Translations under genes and position numbers: made by a program
DNA from: the human T2T-CHM13v2.0 reference genome, Homo sapiens
DNA: 64,000 bases
Assembly (NCBI RefSeq): GCF_009914755.1
Contig: NC_060944.1
Strand: one strand, 5' to 3'
Shown: one piece after another, positions 41,795 to 57,309 of the stretch
How the letters are laid out: each line of letters starts with the position of its first letter
How positions within the stretch are numbered: the stretch's first letter is position 1
Notes under the pieces: model-generated
The model's input: the letters and a program-made list of their open reading frames with translations, nothing else
Told to the model about the DNA's origin: nothing
The model's database searches: none

Positions 41795-42490
41795 TGAAGA
41801 CTAGCAGAACTACAATTATGAAGAAAAAGTCGGCTTGGAGCCTCAACCCCAGGAACTTTCTCAGGTGGAGTACATCTGGAAGTTGAGGATCTGGAAATGA
41901 ATTTCCTTAAATATATCCATGCATGAGTACCGCTTACCAAGCCTTCATTTACTTTACGGCTATTGCATACCCCATTTGAAAACCAGTGTTGCAAAGGACT
42001 GGGGGCAATCTGAAACTACTGGGTTCCTGGAACCTGGCACTGATTGATGGGGCCAGTGGGCCCTAATGAGATTGCACCTCCATTTTAAAAGCGTGAAAGG
42101 TATAAGGAGATTCAGAGATAGGTGTAAATGGCTTGCGGGAGCCTCCAAAATTTTCAGGTCCAGGTACCTCCCACCCCTTCAAGGGACTGTCTGATACTAT
42201 TCTATGGCTCCTGGAATGAAGAACCAGTCATCAGGACCTGCTGGCCTCTATTAAATTAAGAGTCCAGTCAGATTTAACAACCTGAAGATGAGGTGTAACT
42301 GTGAAGCAATATATGGCTGATTTTTTAACACACCCATCCAAATACATCCACTCCAGCTGATTCATTCTCTCAACTCCCATGTGCTAGGTAATGTATGAGG
42401 TGCCAGAGTTACCCAAAAAACAAACAAAGCACAATCCATAGGCCAAGTCCTGCAGAAACTCTAGGAGAGAAACTTTTAAAGAAATAATTA

Positions 42491-42769
<279 letters not shown>

Positions 42770-43069
42770 TTACAAGAGTGAAACTCTGTCTCAAGAAAAA
42801 AAAAAACAAACACTGTGATAAAGAGTTAATAAAACTATGTGCAAGAGCTAGGGGAGTACTGAAGAAAGAGTGATTTGAGTAAGAACTTTGTAAGACTTTG
42901 AGTAAGAACTTTTTAAGACTTTGGGAAAACTTCCCAAAGGAGGTCACATTAGAGTTATTTATTGGCAGGCGTGTAGTACATCATAGAGAAAAAGAGATGG
43001 CAGTGGAAGGATGTTCCAGGCAGAGGATGCAGCATGTCACATGGGCAGCCAGTGTCCAAGTGACACTCA

Positions 43070-43255
43070 AGGGGCAAGACCTGCTTCATGGACTTGTGAC
43101 CTCTGTAGTCACACAGGGCCCCCCTCTTAGAAGGGCCCTCACGCTTGTTTTAATGTTCTGCTGTCATCATTTTGAAATTCTTATTTTTTTTTTAACAAGG
43201 AGACTTGCATTTTCATTTTTGCACTGGGCCCTGCAAATTACGTAGCAGGTCCTGC
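43070..43255. mobile_element. MER91A-like hAT MITE
   Basis: gtcacacagggcccc...ttttcattttgcactgggccctgcaaattacgtagc resembles MER91A as I recall it. Confidence 0.55.
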
Positions 43256-43798
43256 AAGAGGGCAAGATGAAGGCAGGGAGACCTGCTGGGAAGTTATTAC
43301 TGCGGTCCAAGTAAGAGATAATGAAGGGGCTAAATCAAGGTCTTGTCGTAACAGTAATACACAGCCACACCATTTTCAACTTCTTCCCAGTGTATTCCTC
43401 AGTTTAGATGTAGCAATTTCCCCAACTGGAAAGTACTTAGGTTGATTTTGGTGTTTTGTAATTACAAAGAATGAGGCAATTGAATAATTTGCTACAAATA
43501 ATTTTGTGTTTGCACCTATGCAAGGATATCTATCTAGGATAAATTCTCAGAATTAGAATTGATGGGTCAAAGGTATGCTCATTTTCAAGGTTGATAGGCA
43601 TTGCCAGTTGGTGACCTGAAGAGAGTAAACCAATTTGTATCTCTTCCAACAGTATGGAGGAGTATCTGTTTTATCATGCCCTCTTTAACACTCTGTAGTA
43701 TCCAACCTTTTGGTATTTGCAGTCTGATAATGTTAAGAAAGCAGTGGCTGATTGTCTTAATTTGCCTTTCTTTAATTACAAACATGGTTGGTCATTTA

Positions 43799-44125
<327 letters not shown>

Positions 44126-45298
44126 TTATATTTCTGTTTGCATGAAGCCCATTTAGTCCTTCGCCATTATTGAATTGGGTCATAGGTCTTTTTCTTATTG
44201 GTTTATAACAGCTGTTTTACGTTAAAAAAATAATAATAAATATTTTACCTAGTTTATAGTTTGTTGCTTTATTTCTGCTTTTTTTTTGGCCATGCAGATG
44301 AAGGCCTGAATTTTTGAAACCTAAGTGAACTGTTACTGCTTTCACTGTATACCAGTATTTTGCAATATAAGCCCTCTTTTCAGGGAGTGGCCTTTAGAGA
44401 CTATTACACTTATTTTTTTAGAAGCTCAGCTTGTTCATTTGGAGAACATACAATATTAAAGGGAAAAAATGCTCAGCTTGTACTTATTTTTTGAAGAGAT
44501 AATATATCCACATGATTAAAAAGTCAAAAGATACAAAAAGGTATACAGTGAGAAAAATCTCCTTCCAGCCAGGCATGGTGGCTCCCACCTGTAATCCCAG
44601 CACTTTTGGGAGGCCAAGGCAGGCGGATCACATGAGGCCAGGAGTTCGAGACCAGCCTGCCCAACATGGTGAAACACTGTCTCTACTAAAAATATAAAAA
44701 ATAGCTGGGCTTTGTGGTGTTTGCCTGTAGTTCTAGCTACTTCGGAGGCTGAGGCAAGAGAATTGCTCCAACCCAGGAGGCAGAGGTTTCGGTGAGCCGA
44801 GACTGTGCCACTGCACTCCAGCCTGGGTAACAGAGCGTGACTCCATCTCAAAAAAATAAAATAAAATAATTAAAAAAAATTAAAAAATAAAAATAAAAAT
44901 TGCCTTCCCACCCTGTCCTCAAACCACTTAAGCTTCCCTCCAGGAAGTAAGCACTATTATCAGTTCCTTGGGTATCTGTCCCTATTTTATGTGTAAATGA
45001 GCAAGTGCATGCACACACATGTATTCTTTTTTCCGATTATTACACAAATAGTAGCCTACAATATCCAGGATTCTGCACCTTTGCCTTTTTTTTACCACTT
45101 AACATTACATTTTGGAAATAATGTCCTAATTATTCATAAATTCGTAAGTACTTCCTCATTTTAAAAAATGGCTGCATTGGGCCGGGCGCGGTGGCTCACG
45201 CCTGTAATCCCAGCACTTTGGGAGTCCAAGGCGGGTGGATCACAAGGTCAGGAGATCGAGACCATCCTGGCTATCACGGTGAAACCCTGCCTCTACTA

Positions 45299-45567
<269 letters not shown>

Positions 45568-46690
45568 TCATTTGGGGCTGGACATTGAGACTGAGTCGGG
45601 GGATTGGACTGGGACCTTCTCTAGATCCTGAACAATCAGACCTTTTCCTTCCTCCAGGCCTTTACCTCCCATTTTCTTTTTCTTTTTTTTTTTTTTTTTG
45701 AGATGGAGTCTCACTCTGTAGCCCAGGCTGAAGTGCAGTGGCACCATCTCAGCTCACTGCAACCTCTGTCTCCTGGGTTCAAGAGATTCTCCTGCCTCGG
45801 CCTCCTGAGTAGCTGGGATTACAGGCACGCGCCACCAAGCCAGGCTAATTTTTTTGTGTTTTTAGTAGAAACGGGGTTTCACCCATGTTGGTCAGGCTGG
45901 TCTCAAACTCCTGACCTCAAGTGATCCACCCGCCTCAGCCTCCCAAAGGTGCTGGGATTACGGGCGTGAGCCACAGCGCCCGGCCTTTTACCCTCCATTT
46001 TCTGCCAATTAAAACTTCACACAGTCTTCCATTGCTTGTAACTTTTGAACACGTGTGTGGTAATGTTCTGTGTATATTGCATATAAAACTATTAGCTTTT
46101 AAAATATTACCAGTTTATATAGACTCATCTCAAATGCTACTTCCTTTTGGAAACCTTCCTTGATCTCCCTGATATCCCCAGCCAGAGTGACCTCACTCCC
46201 CTCTGAAATCCTATAGAATGGTGTAATGTTTTGTGGTTATTTGTCACGCCTTTTATGTGCACAAGTCTTATCTTTTTTTTTTTTTTAACCTGAAGACGGC
46301 CTCACTTGCCCCAGTACCTTCCACAGAGTGGCTTCTGAGTAATGTTTACAGAATTTTTGAGGTAATTAATGAATGAACAAAGGCACCAAGGGTTAAGGAC
46401 ATGAATTTAGTGTCAGACACTTGGGTTCTACTCCTGGTTTTGCTGTTTTTTAGGTGTGTCGTGGGGTAGGTCACTTCTCTCACCCTTTCCTTAGAATCCA
46501 CTTCACAGGACAGTGGTGAGGATTAAGTGATTTGATGTAGGTAAATTGCTTTTCATTGACTGTTAGCTGCTGAAATAGGAATTCAGAGGAAGGAGGAGAG
46601 AGGTCAAGGAGACTTCCTAAGCTGGACTGTGCTCTCCAGCCACCCTCTCATTTATATTTCCTTTCAGATCTCTACTAAGAATGTCACTCT

Positions 46691-47006
<316 letters not shown>

Positions 47007-47431
47007 AAGAATGTCACTCTTCCTTGTTCCTGCATTTTCTTTTTATGTCTTTATCTTTTGGGTAAATTTGCCTGGCTTCAGGGCGAAGGCCCTCCAGCAC
47101 CAAGAGCTGCCTAGTACTGCAGATTCTTACGACCACTCAAATCTTTCTTTCCTTTATAAGAAACAAGCAACTCTACCCTATGGTTGAGCCAATGTGTCAG
47201 TTTCTTCCTATCCAAATGGATGGCATCCTGACATCTGCAGTGAGAGGCCAATGCAATTTGGTGGGGGTAGGGGCAAGGGTGGGGGAGTTTTGCAGAGCAT
47301 AAAGAGCACAGTATCTTGGATCTTCAGCAGCTTGAGTTCAGTTCTTAACTTTTCTTGCCTCATTACAACAGTGTCACAACCCATTTTCCTCATACATTGA
47401 GAACTGCTGCAGTCAGGCACGGTGACTGTTA

Positions 47432-47845
<414 letters not shown>

Positions 47846-48705
47846 TTATTATGGAGGAATTATCCTAGCTCATAGCCAACCTCCTCACTCATATACATGC
47901 TTACTCAAGGGCATGGCTTCAGCAGTTCTCCTCTCTCTCCTGCATCATCAATTTTTCCCTCTCTCCTGGATCAGTCTCAATCAACATACAAATGTTATGT
48001 TTCCCATCTTAAAAACAAACAAAAAGTCTGTTTTGACTCCACTACCAACTACAGCTGCCACATTTTCTCCTTCTTCTTTGTAGTAAAACTTCTTGAAAAA
48101 GCTATAACCTGTATACTCAACATTTTCAATTCCTCTTGAACCTACTCCAATCAGATTTTTGTCCCATACACTCCACCAAAACATCTCAAGATCACCAACA
48201 ACCTCCACATTGGTAAATCTAATTACCTTCTATTCATCTTCATATTATTTGATCTGTGTGACACAGTTGATTACTCTCTCTTTCTTAAAACATTTTATTC
48301 ACTTGGCTTCCGGGAGTTCTCACTTTCCTGGTTTTCTTCTTTTTGGCTCTTCCTTCTCAGTGTCTTTGGCTGATTCCTCTTCATTTTCCCAACCTCTAAG
48401 TATTAGAGTTGCCCCAGGATCCAGTCATTGGAACTCTTTGCTTTTCTGTCTACACTCATTTCCTAAGTAATTTCTTCAGTCCCTTGGGTTTTACATATTA
48501 TATTGATTCTGAAAACCTCCAAATTCCCACTTCACTCTCAACCTTCTTCCTGAACTCAGGTCCAAATATCAAAATAGCCTACTTACCACATCCACTTGGG
48601 TGAGCTCTTCATATTTCTACTCAAACCTGTCCCTCCTGCAGTCTTCTTTGTGTCAAATAATGGCAACTCCATTCTTCTAGTTGCTCAGGTCAAAAAGTTT
48701 GGTAA

Positions 48706-49102
<397 letters not shown>

Positions 49103-50089
49103 AAAAAGTTTGGTAATTGGTAATGTGACTCTCCGCTTTGTCTCATACCTCCTATCCAATCCATTAACAAATTCTGCCAACTCTACTTTCAAAATCTATG
49201 ATTCCAAAAAAATCCAAAAAAAGTGTAAAGGGAAAAAATACAAAATACAAAAAACAAAAAATTAAAAATCAAAGTCTATGAGAATCCAACTACATCTCTG
49301 TATCTCTACTTGGACCCAGGTCTGAGCCGCCATCATCTTGTACTTGGATTATTGTAATAGCCTCCTAACTGGCCTTTCTGATATGGTCTTAAAACCTTTT
49401 CTCAGCCCAGCAACCAAAGTAATTCTGTTAAAACATAAGCCAGAAGATGTCTCTTCCACTCTCAGAACCTCTCATCAGTTTTTGTTAAGAGACAGGGTCT
49501 CACTCTTGCTCAGGCTGGAGTGCAATGCAATGATGATCACATAGTTTACGACATTCTCAAAGTCCCATGCTCAAGCAATCCTCTCACCTCAGCCTCCCAA
49601 GTAGCCAGGACTACAGGTGTACCCCACCATTCCTGGGTAATTTTTTTTTGTTTTTGGTAGAGATGGTGTCTTGAACTCCTGGCCTCAAGTGATGAGTGAG
49701 AGTATCAGGAGATGACAGATGATGATCAGGTGAGAGGATCAAGAGACTGTCCTACCTCAGTCTCCCAAAGTGCTGGGATTACAGGCATGAGCCACCATGC
49801 CCAGCCCCATCAGTTTTTTATCTCATGTAGACCACCCTTCCCTCCATAACCTTCATCTCCTGATACTCTCACTCTCTTCCACTCTAACCACAGTGATTCT
49901 TACCCTTTTCCTCAAACCTACCAGGCACGTTCTTGCCTCAAAACTTTTGCATTTGCTGTTCCGTCTGCCTGGATTCATTTCTTTCAGATATCTACATGGT
50001 TCACTCCCTTGTTCCTCCAGATCTTTACAAAAAACTCACTTTTTTACTGAGGCCTTCCCTGGCCACTCCATCCAAAAATTTTTTTTTTT

Positions 50090-50125
<36 letters not shown>

Positions 50126-50201
50126 CATTCAGATTTCAAGTCCTAAATCCTGCTTTTCTCAACAGAAAAAAAATGCTATTTAACTACATATATATATTTA
50201 A

Positions 50202-50397
<196 letters not shown>

Positions 50398-50427
50398 TGA
50401 CAGATGTGCACCACCATGCCCAGCTAA

Positions 50428-50571
<144 letters not shown>

Positions 50572-51144
50572 TAATTTAAGTTCCATGAAAGCAGGAAGTG
50601 TTATTAGATTTGTTCAAAGCTCTATCATCCCAGTACCGAGAATAATGTTCAACACAAAATAGGTGTTTCACATAAGTATTTGTTGAACTTGTTTCTTGAG
50701 TGAAATCAAACGTTATCATTTTGCTCCTCTGTTTTGGGTCATTCTGCCCAGAACAGAGTACTCATGCCTTTTGGTCTCAGGACCCTCTCTACACTCAAAG
50801 TATTGAGGGCCAGACACAGTGGTTCATTCCTGTAGTCTCTGGTACTTGAAAGGCTCAGGTGGGAGGATCACCTGAGCTCAGGAGTTTGAGGTTGCAGTGA
50901 GCTATGATTGTGCCACTGCACTGTAGCCTGGGCGACAGGGTGAGACCCTGTCTCAAAAAAAAAAAAAACACAAAAACATTCAGGCTGGGCTTGGTAGCTC
51001 ATGCCTGTAATCTCAGCACTCTGGGAGGCCGAGGCAGGCAGATCATGAGGTCAGGAGTTCAAGACCAGCCTGGCCAACATAGTGAAACCCCATCTCTACT
51101 AAAAATACAAAAAATTAGCCAAGTGTGGTGGCTGGCACCTATTA

Positions 51145-51339
<195 letters not shown>

Positions 51340-53067
51340 TTATGTGGATTCTGTCTATTGATAAGTATCACACTAGGGATCAAAACTGAGAAATTGTTAA
51401 ATATTTACATACTAATTCATTTAAAATAACAATAATAAACATGTTAACATAACATTTTTATTTTTAAAAAAATAATAAAAATTTAGCTGTTTTGTTCCAA
51501 AACGAAACAAAAAAAATAGTGAGAGGAATGCTACTGTTTTGCTTTTTTGAAAATCTGTTTTATGTCTGGTTTAATAGAAGATAATTGTATTATCCTATTT
51601 ACTTCTCATTCAATCTGTATAATGTGCCATGAAGCCCTGGAAAACTACCCAGTACTCTCATGAGAAAATGAGAGTTTAAAAAGAAAACAATGTCTTCGTA
51701 TTATTATGTAAATGGTTGTTGTCTCCATATATATCTGTTGTCTTTGTACATAGTTTTCCCTCCCATTCTACATAGCAAACTCCTGCTGGTCACTCAAGGT
51801 CTGTCTCACCTGCCATCTCTAGACAGTCAGTTGTTCCCTCCTCCCTACTCCCATTTCTCTATTATAGCACATATTATGTTATCTTGTTATCTGGATAATT
51901 GTCTATCTTCCCAACCGACTATCTTCCTAAAGAAGGCAACTATAACTTGATCTTCTTTACATCCCTAGCCCCACTCACAGTATCTAGCACCAAAAAGATA
52001 TTTAATAAATATTAGTTGAATAAAGAAATATGAGGCCAGGTGCAGTGGCTCATGCCTGTAGTTCTAGCACTTTGGGAGGCCAAGGCAGGTGGATCACCTG
52101 ACGTCAGGAGTTTGAGACCAGCCTGGCCAACATGGCGAAACCCCATCTCTACTAAAAATACAAAAATTAGCCGGGCATGTTGGTGGGTGCCTATAATTCC
52201 AGCTGCTCAGGAGGCTGAGGCAGGAGAACCGCTTGAACCCAGGAGACGGAGGTTGCAGTGAGCCGAGATCATGCCACTTCACTCCAGCCTGGGCAAAAGA
52301 GCAAAACTCCATCTCAAAATATATAAATAAATATGAAAGGAGGTGAAGGGAAGAGGGGACCCAGTTTATCTACAGTGAGCTCAGGCACTGATATAACATT
52401 TCTTTTTTTTCTTTTCTTGAGACAGGGTCTAGCTCTGTTGCCCGGACTGGAGTGCAGTGGCATAATCACAGCTAACTGTAATCTCTGCCTCCTGGCCTCA
52501 AGTGATCCTCTCTCCTCAGCCTCCCAAGTAGCTGGGACTACAGCCATGTGCCACAACTCCCAGCTAAATTTTTTTTTTTTTTTTTTTTTTTGTAAAGACA
52601 GAGTTTCACCATGTTGCCCAGGCTGGTCTTGAACTCCCGGGCTCAAGTGATCCATCCTCCTTGGCCTCCCAAAGTGGTAGGATTACAGGTGTGAACAACT
52701 GTGCCCAGCCAATATCATAATTCTTTTCTTTTCTTTTTTTTTTTTTCTTTTTTGAAACAGAGTCTCTTGTCGCCCATGCCAGGGTGCAGTGGCACAATCT
52801 TGGTTCACTGCAACATCTGCCTCCCAGGTTCAAGCAATTCTCCTGCCTCAGCCCCCAAGTAGCTGGGATTACAGGCGTGCACCACCACGCCCGGCTAAGT
52901 TTTGTAGAGATGGGGTTTCACCATGTTGGCCAGGCTGGTCTCGAACTCCAGACCTCAGGTGATCCACCTGCCTCAGCCTCTCAAAGTGCTGGGATTACAG
53001 GTTTGAGCCACTGCGCCAGCCCCAATATAATATTTCTTGTTAAGATTATCAGTGTCAAAGGTTTTCC

Positions 53068-54104
53068 AACATCACACTCTGGGGACTGTTGTGGGGTGGG
53101 GGGAGGGGTGAGGGATAGCATTAGGAGATATACCTAATGCTAAATGACGAGTTAATGGGTACAGCACACCAGCATGGCACATGTATACATATGTAACTAA
53201 CCTGCACATTGTGCACATGTACCCTAAAACTTAAAGTATAATAATAATAATAAAAAAAGAAAGAAAAAAACAAACAACCCCATTAAAAAGTGGGCGAAGG
53301 ATATGAACAGACACTTCTCAAAAGAAGACATTTATGCAGCCAAAAAACACATGAAAAAATGCTCATCATCATTGGCCATCAGAGAAATGCAAATCAAAAC
53401 CACAATGAGATACCATCTCACACCAGTTAGAATGGCAATCATTAAAAAGTCAGGAAACAACAGGTGCTGGAGAGGATGTGGAGAAATAGGAACACCTTTA
53501 CACTGTTGGTGGGACTGTAAACTAGTTCAACCATTGTGGAAGTCAGTGTGGCGATTCCTCAGGGATCTAGAACTAGAAATACCATTTGACCCAGCCATCC
53601 CATTACTGGCTATATACCCAAAGGACTATAAATCATGCTGCTATAAAGATACGTGCACATGTATGTTTATTGTGGCACTATTCACAATAGCAAAGACTTG
53701 GAACCAACCCAAATGTCCAACAATGATAGACTGGATTAAGAAAATGTGGCACATATACACCATGGAATACTATGCAGCCATAAAAAATGATGAGTTCATG
53801 TCCTTTGTAGGGACATAGATGAAACTGGAAATCATCATTCTCAGCAAACTATCGCAAGGACAAAAAACCGAACACTGCATGTTCTCACTCATAGGTGGGA
53901 ATTGAACAACAGAACACATGGACACAGGAGTGGGAACGTCACACTCCGGGGACTGTTGTGGGGTGGGGGGAGGGGGGAGAGATAGCATTAGGAGATACAC
54001 CTAATGCTGAATGACGAGTTAATGGGTGCAGTACACCAACATGGCACATGTATACATATGTAACAAACCTGCACATTGTGCACATGTACCCTAAAACTTA
54101 AAGT

Positions 54105-54132
<28 letters not shown>
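53068..54132 (+). mobile_element. L1PA insertion made of two tandem 3' ends (53068-~53265 and ~53266-54132)
   Basis: Two copies of the primate L1 3' UTR ending GTACCCTAAAACTTAAAGTATAATAATA; ORF2 C-terminal remnant at 53303-53818 with a premature TAG; TSD AAAG(G/C)TTTTCC at 53057-53067 and 54133-54143. Confidence 0.92.
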
Positions 54133-54135
<3 letters not shown>

Positions 54136-54983
54136 GCTTTTCCTAGCAGCTGGTCAGTTTACCATATAGTTCATTAAGTGAATTCCAACCACTCATGTGG
54201 TCTTTCAAGTGAAGTGGAGAAGACAGAGGTCATTCATTTCATTTTATGAGGCAACCAAGGCCCAAATAAATGAAGTGACTTGCTGAAAGGCATACCAAAA
54301 GTCAGTGACAGAGCCAGTGCTTGAATCAGGTATCTGACGTTAAGTCAAGTGCTGTTTCCATTTTATCCCATGCTCATCATGGTGACTGGAGGCTGCAAAG
54401 TCAGAGTTCCCGTGATTCTATCTTGGGGTGTTGCTCTGAAACCTTCTAAACCTCCTCTTGAACTGATTTCACAGCAGTCTCTGGACCGTCCTCTTACTAA
54501 GGACTATCTTAGGGATCCATTTTATAAGCAACCATTGACTTCTATCAGCCTCTTCTTTCCTTATCATCAATACCTACTGCCATTCACATCCGCCATCCTT
54601 GGGAGCTGGTCAAGGTGGACCACCACAGTGCTATATCATCATCGGCAGTTCCACAAGCATTTGGTATTAGAGGAAAGGAGAAGAATAAGACAGAGCTCAG
54701 TCCAGTCTGTTCCCCTTCATTCTTTGAATATACTATTTCTTCTTTCTGGAATATATCCCCTCCCAAACCTTCCAACTTTGGCAGTTCATTGCTCTTTCCT
54801 CAGTGTTTCCACAACACTTTGTTCTCATTCGTGTCATAACTCATCATGTAACCACAATGATTTGTCTCTATCATCTCCCTACCGGGACTGTGAGCTGTTC
54901 ACCTCAATGGTGTTAATACAGTCTTCAGTCTCTTTGATTTCCCTGAGACTGTCAACTCCTTCTCTCTCTCTCTTTTTTTTTAG

Positions 54984-55301
<318 letters not shown>

Positions 55302-57309
55302 TGATACTCCACAATCCTGATTCTTCAGTCTTTTTGGACAATCTTTAGATTCACTTTTGGCTTGACTTTTCTCAGGCTCTGAATATGTATGTCTCAGGAT
55401 GGAACTCTTGGCCTTTTGCTCTCTTCAACTCTTTGCTTTCAGCTTCAACTACCGTATTTACTTGAAGGTGTCCAAAATATCCATTCTCCACCTTCTTCGA
55501 GAACTCATTCCCATACCCATCTCACAGATCTTGTGGTCACCCCAGTTTCAGCAAGTCTAAAACCGAGCTCCTTGTCACCTCCTTCAAGCCAGTTCCTCCA
55601 CATGAGGACTCCGTTTCTGTGAAGATGCTACCATCCATCTTTCTCGATTTGCCATCACTCCAAACTCCTTTCCCTCTTCTTGTATGCCCATTGTCTCTTA
55701 AATCTGTCTCTTTTCTCACCCCCATCCTAGAAAAAAATGGGTTCTGAAGTCAAATCGATTCAGCTCTATCACTTATGAATCACGCAAGTTTGGCAAACTT
55801 ATTCAGAGTCTTCCACTTCTTTATCCTAAATTAGGGGTAATAATAGCATCTATTTCATAGGGTTTATCTATGAAGATTAAATGAGATATCGTGGAGGAAA
55901 GTGCTTAGCCCAGTAACTAGTATGTATTAGGCACTCAATAAATGTTAATTATTATTGTTATCCTTATTTCCTTATACTTAGACTATTACACTAGTCTCCT
56001 AACCAATCTCTCTGCCTCCTCTGGTCATTATTCTCTCCACTGGGAGGGGAACTAACATGGAATATCTATTAAGTGTCAAGCACCTCATGCTGAAAGCAAT
56101 CTTATACAGTAATAGTAGCATCATTTTATAAAAATGGAACAGAGCCAAGATATGAACATAGGTCTGACGCTAAAGCCTGTGCCCTTTTTTCATCTCCAAA
56201 TTACCACGTAATCATAAAATACTATTTTCACACATCATCCTGCTTAAACACACACATACACACACACACACCACACACACACAACCTTTAATGACCACCC
56301 TCCCCCATTTTCCTTCAGAACACAACCCAAATTTATTATCCTAGCATTCACTGTCTTGTACAACTTCCCTCACTTCCCAACACTTTCCTATAGGAACCCT
56401 GTGCTCCAGAGAAACTTATCTGCCGCCTCAGGCACATCCTGTACACCCTCAACTTCCTCCCTGAAATGCCCTCTCCTCTCCCCTCCCCTGGTTTAAATCC
56501 AGCCTTTCCTTCAGGTCCTAGCTAGAGTCCCACCCTCCTCCATTACACTTTTTCCTAACTTCCCCAGCCCCTCATCAGGTCTCCCTCGACCCCTGGAGCA
56601 GCCGCCTGTATCCTTGTTGACACGTGGTGTTTGCCATTCTGTTTTTCTTTGCGTTTATGTTTTCTCATCAAGCTGTAAACCTCTGCACTCCAGGAAATCG
56701 GCCTTCTCTTTTTTGTTTTTGTTTTTGGGTGTTTTTTTTTTTCCTTTCAGCATCCCAAGTAGCCCAGAGCCCTACAAATAGAAAGCGCTTGATAAATATG
56801 GGTTGTTTTGGATGAAAGATGATCTTCCCAGCTGGATGAGCTCTTTCCCTCTAGGGGTGAGGGACTGAGCTTCACCTCAACTTCACCTAATGTCTCACAG
56901 GAATGCCCCCTCTTAAACGCTCCTCAGGTCTTCTCTACCCCTTTCCCCCACCACCCCGGCCCAGGAGAGCCACTCAGAGCTCCCTCTCCGGAGTCACCCT
57001 CTCAGACCCAGGGCTATTTCTTTAGCTTGCTCTCGAACCCCGCCTTTACCCCAGAGCCGCTCCTCAGTCTCCTCCCCCAGGCTGCCTCTCAGGCCCCCTC
57101 TCCTCCAATGCCACTCCCTAGGACCCTCTCCCCAGGGTTCCGGACCCCCAACCCCGGATATGTTCCCCCAGGGCCATCCAGTTGTTCTACCTCCAGGATT
57201 ACTGATTTAGCCTCTTCCCCCTCCTGCTCAGGGCTACCCCCAGACCCCGACCTCCAGTTCCACCCCTTCGGACCCTGCCTCTAGAACTGTTCTTTTAGCC
57301 TCTGCAACC

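Noticed and set aside
53303-53818. 171-aa ORF as an active L1 protein
   Set aside because: It is only the C-terminal ORF2 remnant of a 5'-truncated L1, with a premature TAG.
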